This document shows positions 38,460 to 44,966 of a stretch of 64,000 nucleotides of DNA, piece after piece. This DNA comes from a virus (lineage: Duplodnaviria; Caudoviricetes), in the IMG/VR virus record IMGVR_UViG_3300020463_000001, positions 128,001 to 192,000 of that record; one strand, written 5' to 3'. Under the pieces are notes generated by a model, which ran no database searches, was not told the DNA's origin, and worked only from the letters and a program-made list of their open reading frames with translations. How positions within the stretch are numbered: the first letter of the stretch is position 1; each line of letters starts with the position of its first letter. The position numbers and the translations under genes are program-made.

Positions 38460-39064
38460 CAGAACAATTAGAAGAAGTTGAACTTGAATCAGAAGAGATA
38501 GAAATACCAACAGAACCATCGGCTGCAAAATCTTATATCTGTATGTGGGATGATGCATTGCCTCCCGATTACTGTGAGGAAACAATTGATCTTTTTAAGG
38601 AATCTATTCCGCGAAGAGTTGATGAAGAAAATTACGGTTGCTTTGAACTTGATATTCTGGATGAAAATCTACTGAAAATTAAACCAAGATGGAAAGAAGT
38701 TTCTTATTTCGTACTGCAAAGACTCCAGCGATATAGTGAAATATATCGACAATTTTATAACATTGAATTCTTCCCTTCGCAGGCTGTCAATGAACAACTG
38801 ATGATGAGAAAGTATATTCCGACAGATGAGGTAGGGTATCATTCTGATGTTATGATTGATGACGAACACAAAAGATTTTTGACTGTAAACTTTTTTCTCA
38901 ACAATACAGAAGACGGTCAATATACTCTGCCCGACTATAATATCGGCGTAGAATCGCGCACAGGAAGAGTTCTTATACACCCTTCATTCTGGACTCATCC
39001 TTCCCAAATAACTCCCTCAAAGGAAGAACGATACGTTATATCAACATTTTTGCGGTATCAGTAA
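38456..39064 (+). CDS. 2OG-Fe(II) oxygenase-like protein
   Basis: YHSD (HxD), FLNN, GRVLIHPSFW, RY; distal His appears replaced (THPS). Confidence 0.75.
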   Translation: MTEQLEEVELESEEIEIPTEPSAAKSYICMWDDALPPDYCEETIDLFKESIPRRVDEENYGCFELDILDENLLKIKPRWKEVSYFVLQRLQRYSEIYRQFYNIEFFPSQAVNEQLMMRKYIPTDEVGYHSDVMIDDEHKRFLTVNFFLNNTEDGQYTLPDYNIGVESRTGRVLIHPSFWTHPSQITPSKEERYVISTFLRYQ

Positions 39065-39067
39065 TAT

Positions 39068-39075
39068 TATAAATA
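39068..39075 (+). promoter_or_regulatory. T4-type late promoter
   Basis: TATAAATA heading the 39.1-47.8 kb cluster. Confidence 0.85.
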
Positions 39076-39097
39076 TTCTATTAAAGGAATATTTTTG

Positions 39098-40351
39098 ATG
39101 CACGATTTTACTGATTTCTTAACGGAAGCGAAAGGTGGAAAAAATCTACACCTAGAACATATAGAAGAAGAAATCATCAATCATGGAATTGATGGTGGAC
39201 GCGCTGCATTAAATTTTCTTCGTTCTCTTCGTAATATGCTCGCCGGAACATCAGGTTCTAGAGTTAATATGACCGTTAAGTGGGACGGAGCTCCAGCAAT
39301 ATTCGCCGGAGTTGATCCATCAGACGGCAAGTTCTTTGTCGCAAAGAAAAGTGTTTTCAATGTCAACCCAATACTTTATAAGAGCATTAAAGATATTAAT
39401 GATGATACTTTATCTGCCCAACTTGATTCCAAATTCAAAATAGCATTTAATGAGTTCAAGAAACTCAATATCAAAGGTGTCATACAGGGAGACTTGATGT
39501 TCACCGATGATGTCTCTACTACCAAGATAGATGGTAAAACCTATTATACATTTCAACCAAACACTCTAGTATATGCTGCAGAAGTAAATTCTGATCTTGG
39601 TAAACAAATTAATAAGGCCAAGATTGGAGTAGTTTGGCACACCACATATAAAGGAAGTGATCTACAAGATATGTCTGCATCATTTGGTGTCAATATATCC
39701 GGACTTAAAAAGTCTTCTTCTGTTTGGATGGACGATGCGACATATAAAGATGTCTCTGGTAGTGCGAAGTTTACTAAATCCGAAACCGATCAAGTGACTA
39801 AAATATTATCTGGCGTTGGAAGTTCATTCAGAAAAATTAAATCATCTGAATTAAGAAAGTTCTTATCTATGCAGGATAAGAGTTTTTCTAAGTCGAAGGT
39901 CGGCGGGTCATTCAAAACATATTTAAATCAATTCATCAAATCTGGGAATAATTTTTCTGTACAAAATGTCAAAAACCTAAATTATTCTATGTACGTTAAA
40001 AAGTATTACGATGAAAAAGTAATATCGAAATTGAAGTCTGCAAGGGGCAGAGAGGCAAAAGAACAAGAGAGAGATGAATTAGTAAAACAATTGATCTCGT
40101 ATGATAAATTAATAATAAACTTGGTAGAATTCATGCAAGGATTAGTTTCTGCGAAGTCAATTATTGTAACGAAGTTGAATAAAGTGAAACAACTTACCGA
40201 TATCTTTATAAGAACTTCAACTGGATATGAAGTAAGTAATCCGGAAGGATATGTTGCTATTGATAGGAGTGGTAAGGGTGCGGTAAAACTGGTCGATAGA
40301 TTAGAGTTTAGTTATAATAACTTTACTGCTGCGAAAAACTGGGATAAGTGA
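39098..40351 (+). CDS. conserved protein with KxDG motif (ligase/nucleotidyltransferase-like) and capsid-targeting-like N-terminus
   Basis: MHDFTDFLTE; HLEHIEE; TVKWDGAPA; QGDLMF; EGYV; VKLVDR. Confidence 0.6.
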   Translation: MHDFTDFLTEAKGGKNLHLEHIEEEIINHGIDGGRAALNFLRSLRNMLAGTSGSRVNMTVKWDGAPAIFAGVDPSDGKFFVAKKSVFNVNPILYKSIKDINDDTLSAQLDSKFKIAFNEFKKLNIKGVIQGDLMFTDDVSTTKIDGKTYYTFQPNTLVYAAEVNSDLGKQINKAKIGVVWHTTYKGSDLQDMSASFGVNISGLKKSSSVWMDDATYKDVSGSAKFTKSETDQVTKILSGVGSSFRKIKSSELRKFLSMQDKSFSKSKVGGSFKTYLNQFIKSGNNFSVQNVKNLNYSMYVKKYYDEKVISKLKSARGREAKEQERDELVKQLISYDKLIINLVEFMQGLVSAKSIIVTKLNKVKQLTDIFIRTSTGYEVSNPEGYVAIDRSGKGAVKLVDRLEFSYNNFTAAKNWDK

Positions 40352-40352
40352 T

Positions 40353-40820
40353 ATGTACAAGTATAGAGTTGATGTGATAAAAGTTATTGATGGTGACACA
40401 GTAGATGTTGATATCGATTTAGGATTTGGTGTTTGGTTAAAGAAAGAACGAGTTAGATTATATGGAATTGACACTCCAGAGTCCAGAACCAGAGATTTAG
40501 AAGAAAAGAAATTTGGATTACTCGCAAAAGACTTCTTACAGGAAGCCTTAATGGGAGATAAATATGATGAGGTATTACTACAAACTCACAAAGACGAAAA
40601 GGGTAAGTTTGGTAGAATACTTGGTGAGTTTATTGTAGTAGATAACGCTGGTCATCCTACGTTTGAAGTAGAATTAAATTTAAACGATATGATGATAGAA
40701 CGCAAGATGGCGGTTGCCTATTACGGTCAGAGCAAAGATGATATTGAAGAAGGTCATCTAAAGAATAGAGAATACCTCTATGAGAATGGAACGGTAGAAT
40801 TTGAAATTGCGGAAAGTTAA
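40353..40820 (+). CDS. staphylococcal nuclease-like (thermonuclease) protein
   Basis: VIDGDTVDV, RVRLYGIDTPE, GKFGRILG. Confidence 0.9.
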   Translation: MYKYRVDVIKVIDGDTVDVDIDLGFGVWLKKERVRLYGIDTPESRTRDLEEKKFGLLAKDFLQEALMGDKYDEVLLQTHKDEKGKFGRILGEFIVVDNAGHPTFEVELNLNDMMIERKMAVAYYGQSKDDIEEGHLKNREYLYENGTVEFEIAES

Positions 40821-42181
40821 TGAGAGATTATAAACAAATATTCCTCAACGAGAAACTCAAGAGAGTTGCACAGGACAAAGATATCGAAGATAAAGAAGGT
40901 ACTCAACCGAAGAAGTACTACGCTGGAGATATGTCTAAATCAACTAAAGATAAACGTGCAGCACACTTCAAAAAGAAGAAGTCTGGGCCTGCTCCAGGCG
41001 ATGCTGGTGCGAAAACAAAACCATCCAAACATACATTAAAGTATAAGAAGATGTATGGTGAGGAAGAGAACGAAGCAGTATCTCCTGCCCAACAGGCAGC
41101 GATTGCCATTGCAAAAAAAGAAAAGAAAAAACAACAAGAGAAACTTGATCCTAAGAAGGATGATGCCGGAGATTATATAGACGATTTCCGCAAGTCAGAC
41201 GCTCCTCAGTTTAAGGGTAAGTCTGACAAAAAGATTCAAAAGATGGCCATCGCAGCATATCTCAAAGACAAAGAAAAATCAGAAGAAGTAGATTTAGAAG
41301 AAGGCATAAATGATCCTTCTATATTCAAGGCAGTATTCCTCGCAGGAGGGCCCGGATCCGGTAAATCATTCATTGTAGGTCAAACTGGACTGGTTGCGCT
41401 TGGCATGAAACTTGTTAATTCAGATCCAGCATTTGAGAAGTTACTCAAGAAAGCAGGATTATCAACAACTCCAGATGATATAATGTCGCCGCAAGGACAA
41501 GCAGTCAGAGGTAAAGCAACTAAGCTGACAGACATTCAGAAGTCAATGTATATTAAGGGAAGATTGGGACTTGTCATCGACGGAACTGGGAAGAACTTCA
41601 AGAAGATATTAACACAAAAGAGATACTTAGATCAACTAGGATATGACTCTGCAATGATTTTTGTCAACACAGATCTTGAGACTGCATTAGAAAGAAACCG
41701 AAATCGTCCAAGACAATTGCCAGACGCAGAAGTAGAAAAGATGTGGAAGGGAGTTCAGAAGAATATCGGTAGATTCCAGAACACATTTAAGACAAATTTT
41801 TATGTGGTGGACAACTCTGACGGTGCAGATTTCGCAAGAGACTCAAAGAGAGTTTATAAAGATATTAAAACTTGGTCTACTAAACCTCCCAAGAATAGTA
41901 TCGGCAAAGATTGGATAACTCAGGTGAAGAAACAAAGAGGTATCAAGGAGGATTATTCTATGGACATATATGAAGATCAAGAATCGAAGATGGCATTAAC
42001 TCAACTCAGAGCCCTCGCAGATAAAGCAGAACAACTCTCAGATGAACTAATTGGTCTTCTGCGTGATTCTCCTAATCAGGATATCGAATTGGACGCATGG
42101 GTTCAGGCAAAGATTACTAAGGCAAGTGATTATATGACATCCGTCTATGATTACATGATGTATTCGGAGAAAGAAGATTGA
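40820..42181 (+). CDS. multi-module protein with a zeta-toxin/AAA_33-like P-loop kinase
   Basis: KAVFLAGGPGSGKS, VNSD, VIDGTG, RNRNRPR; basic N-modules and a helical C-module separated by acidic linkers. Confidence 0.75.
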   Translation: MRDYKQIFLNEKLKRVAQDKDIEDKEGTQPKKYYAGDMSKSTKDKRAAHFKKKKSGPAPGDAGAKTKPSKHTLKYKKMYGEEENEAVSPAQQAAIAIAKKEKKKQQEKLDPKKDDAGDYIDDFRKSDAPQFKGKSDKKIQKMAIAAYLKDKEKSEEVDLEEGINDPSIFKAVFLAGGPGSGKSFIVGQTGLVALGMKLVNSDPAFEKLLKKAGLSTTPDDIMSPQGQAVRGKATKLTDIQKSMYIKGRLGLVIDGTGKNFKKILTQKRYLDQLGYDSAMIFVNTDLETALERNRNRPRQLPDAEVEKMWKGVQKNIGRFQNTFKTNFYVVDNSDGADFARDSKRVYKDIKTWSTKPPKNSIGKDWITQVKKQRGIKEDYSMDIYEDQESKMALTQLRALADKAEQLSDELIGLLRDSPNQDIELDAWVQAKITKASDYMTSVYDYMMYSEKED

Positions 42182-42501
42182 AAGACTTTAAACAATACAT
42201 GACAGAAAAAGTCAAGGTAGAAGTACAGAATCCACAAAGTCTTGAAGATTTCGAAGATCCTCAAGTATACTTTAATGGAATATATACATATAGTACTCTC
42301 AATATGAAGTTGAGGGGTTATGTGGATCAACTATCTCGCGCAGTCAAAATGAAAAACTGGAAACAAGCCGGAAGTCTTATGGAGAAGGGTGGGATGTCTA
42401 TGAATATTCCAGACCTCATAGAAGCAATTGAACAAGTTGAAAAGGAAATGGGTTCTAGGACATGGAAATCCAAGAGAACCAAAATGAAAAAGAAAGGATA
42501 A
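42178..42501 (+). CDS. hypothetical protein with capsid-targeting-like N-terminus
   Basis: TTG start; MKDFKQYMTE. Confidence 0.55.
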   Translation: MKDFKQYMTEKVKVEVQNPQSLEDFEDPQVYFNGIYTYSTLNMKLRGYVDQLSRAVKMKNWKQAGSLMEKGGMSMNIPDLIEAIEQVEKEMGSRTWKSKRTKMKKKG

Positions 42502-42504
42502 ATT

Positions 42505-42681
42505 ATGTGTGTTAGTGAAAAACAAGATTTAGTAAATACTCTGAGAAGAGAAATTGCTTATGCAGAGTCACAGGTTCGTCCATCTGCGACAGGAAATATT
42601 ATTACCGCAATCAGTTGGATGAAAACTAGAGTGGAAGAATTAGAAACACAACTCAACGAAGAGTACTTGGAAGCAATGTAA
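42505..42681 (+). CDS. small hypothetical protein (58 aa, not in ORF track)
   Basis: AAGGA RBS; MCVSEKQDLVNTLRREIAYAESQ...; TAATG-coupled to the next gene. Confidence 0.6.
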   Translation: MCVSEKQDLVNTLRREIAYAESQVRPSATGNIITAISWMKTRVEELETQLNEEYLEAM

Positions 42682-43232
42682 TGAAAAGTTTCGCGTCTTA
42701 CAATAAGACTATATGTGAAGATTGCAGCGAAGCAATCCGATTTCATTTAGAGAATGATATACCATTCCTAGAGAATATATTTCGTATGGGTTCTGAAGGA
42801 TTTTTTGAATTCTTTATAGAGGCCAAAGGATTATATCATGAAGGTAAATTAGAACACCTAAATGAATCCGACATAGAGATATTAAATACCGACATAGGAG
42901 ACTTTGCGGAGTTTGAAGGCGAAGAAGTCCCACTGGATTTACCTATGTCAGAAGAAGAAAAAGATGTGGAACTGAATAAACCCAAGAGAGGCGGCAGTAA
43001 AAAATATTATGTTTATGTTAAGAATGATAAAGGAAATGTTATAAAGATTTCGTTTGGTGATGATACTGGACTCTCTGCAAAAATCAATGACCCCGAAGCA
43101 AGAAAATCCTTTAATGCTAGGCATAAATGTGCTCAAAAGAACGACAAAACAAAGGCCGGATACTGGGCTTGTCGTTTACCGAAGTATGCTAAATCATTGG
43201 GACTTTCTGGCGGGGGTAACTTCTTTTGGTAG
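42681..43232 (+). CDS. conserved phage protein (acidic N-module, basic C-module ARKSFNARHKC...AGYWAC)
   Basis: MKSFASY..ICE N-terminus; LNE and MSE motifs. Confidence 0.6.
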   Translation: MKSFASYNKTICEDCSEAIRFHLENDIPFLENIFRMGSEGFFEFFIEAKGLYHEGKLEHLNESDIEILNTDIGDFAEFEGEEVPLDLPMSEEEKDVELNKPKRGGSKKYYVYVKNDKGNVIKISFGDDTGLSAKINDPEARKSFNARHKCAQKNDKTKAGYWACRLPKYAKSLGLSGGGNFFW

Positions 43233-43501
43233 AACCATACGTTCAAACCTCAATAACATCAAATAAATTCCTCAGAACATTCCCAGAAACAGTCGATGAA
43301 GATTCTCTCGTATGGCATAGAGATATAAACACAAGACACATGAGAGTAATAGAAGTAGGAGATTGGTATTTTCAGAAAGATAATATTTTACCAGCAAAGT
43401 TAAAATTTGATGATGAGTTTATTATATGGGAAATGGAATATCATAGGTTAATAAAAAAAAGTGGCCACCTTATTATCGAAATTACTGAGTTCCGGAAATA
43501 A
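43226..43501 (+). CDS. small cupin-like protein
   Basis: LVWHRD...YHRLIK metal-ligand pattern. Confidence 0.55.
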   Translation: MVEPYVQTSITSNKFLRTFPETVDEDSLVWHRDINTRHMRVIEVGDWYFQKDNILPAKLKFDDEFIIWEMEYHRLIKKSGHLIIEITEFRK

Positions 43502-43523
43502 CGAACAGATAAATACAAGTACT

Positions 43524-43940
43524 ATGAGTAAAGAATACAAATACGAAGATATAGATTACGGTTTCACTGCCGTCGATGAAGACGAACTTGCGGAACTCCG
43601 ATCTGCGCCTCAAGAAGTCTCGGTCAAGATTGACGGTGTAGATAGTGAAATACAAAATCTTGGTATCAAAATACAAGAATTAGTAGAACTTCAGACAGAT
43701 ATTATGTCTGAGTTGGTCGATACGAAACAACTGTATCAGGAAAAACTGAGCGGATTAGATATAACCAGTGAAGTTACGGAAGATAAGTTAATGAAAGTAG
43801 AAAAACTTATTATGCCACTTCTTTATAATTTATTGAAGAACAAAGAGAAAGATTATATTTACTGGCCCAATCGTGAACCGATTATCAAAACTCAGATAGA
43901 AAAGATACTTGAAATAACAAGGACTTCCGATGAAGGATAA
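43524..43940 (+). CDS. conserved T4-like coiled-coil protein
   Basis: DYGFTAVDEDEL; PLLYNLLKN..DYIYWPNR; start ATG 43524. Confidence 0.6.
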   Translation: MSKEYKYEDIDYGFTAVDEDELAELRSAPQEVSVKIDGVDSEIQNLGIKIQELVELQTDIMSELVDTKQLYQEKLSGLDITSEVTEDKLMKVEKLIMPLLYNLLKNKEKDYIYWPNREPIIKTQIEKILEITRTSDEG

Positions 43941-44934
43941 AGTAGTCTTCACATTCGGAAGATTTAATCCTCCAACAATAGGACATGAGAAGTTGTTGGA
44001 TAAAGTCTATGCGGTTGCTTCTAGAGAGGGGGCTGATTTCTTGGTGTTCCCTAGTCACTCTCAAAACCCAAAGAAAGATCCATTGGATTTCAGATCCAAG
44101 GTCAAATTTATGAAGAAGATGTTTCCGAAGTATTCTAAGAACATTATGTCAAATAATAAAGTCAAGACTGCGTTTAATGCTGTCAGTCTTCTTCATGAAC
44201 TGGGATACAAAGAAGCGTTAATGGTTGTGGGTGGAGATAGAGTATCAGAGTTTAATAGTGTCCTTAATAAGTATAATGGAGTTGAAGGCAGACATGGTTT
44301 CTATGACTTCGAAGGTGGAATCAAAATAGTATCTGCAGGAGAAAGAGATCCAGATGCGGAAGGTGTCTCCGGTATGTCTGCGTCTAAGATGAGAACAGCC
44401 GCTGCAGCAAATGACTATGACTCGTTTAAAAATGGATTGCCATCTAAGTTTAGAGGCGGAGACCTTCTATTTAAAATGTTGCGTAAGGCAATGAAAGTAG
44501 AAGAAACAGAATTAGGAATATTTCTTGGTTCTGATGTTAATACTTTCAGAGAATTTATAGAGTCTCCTACAGTAGAATCTATAGAAGTATTTAATGATAA
44601 GGAACTCATACAAGAATTTTATACCCCAGTTAATCTACAGAAGAGAGAATCATCTATCTCAGGTTTCAAGTCTTTTCTTAGCGAAGAGAATGTCGAAGAA
44701 GATTTTACTAATATTCCTTGGATTGATGATACTCTAGATAGATTGTTTAGAAGAAGTAGATATAAGATGGCGCTTCAATACTTTTTCAAGTTTTACGACA
44801 AAGATCCACAACATAATTCTAGAAATGCGTTAGATAGGGCCTCTAAAGTTTTGGGATTAGAACCTTTACCTCTTCAAAAATATGTCATATCTTTAATTAA
44901 AAAAGGTAAGATCCCGAAAAAGTACTCTTTCTAA
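43930..44934 (+). CDS. HIGH-family nucleotidyltransferase (cytidyltransferase-like) with C-terminal extra module
   Basis: TFGRFNPPTIGHEKL, VVGGDRV, SAGERDPD, MSASKMR. Confidence 0.85.
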   Translation: MKDKVVFTFGRFNPPTIGHEKLLDKVYAVASREGADFLVFPSHSQNPKKDPLDFRSKVKFMKKMFPKYSKNIMSNNKVKTAFNAVSLLHELGYKEALMVVGGDRVSEFNSVLNKYNGVEGRHGFYDFEGGIKIVSAGERDPDAEGVSGMSASKMRTAAAANDYDSFKNGLPSKFRGGDLLFKMLRKAMKVEETELGIFLGSDVNTFREFIESPTVESIEVFNDKELIQEFYTPVNLQKRESSISGFKSFLSEENVEEDFTNIPWIDDTLDRLFRRSRYKMALQYFFKFYDKDPQHNSRNALDRASKVLGLEPLPLQKYVISLIKKGKIPKKYSF

Positions 44935-44938
44935 AAAT

Positions 44939-44946
44939 TATAAATA
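44939..44946 (+). promoter_or_regulatory. T4-type late promoter
   Basis: TATAAATA before the 960-aa gene. Confidence 0.85.
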
Positions 44947-44966
44947 TTGAGGATAAATATACCTAA

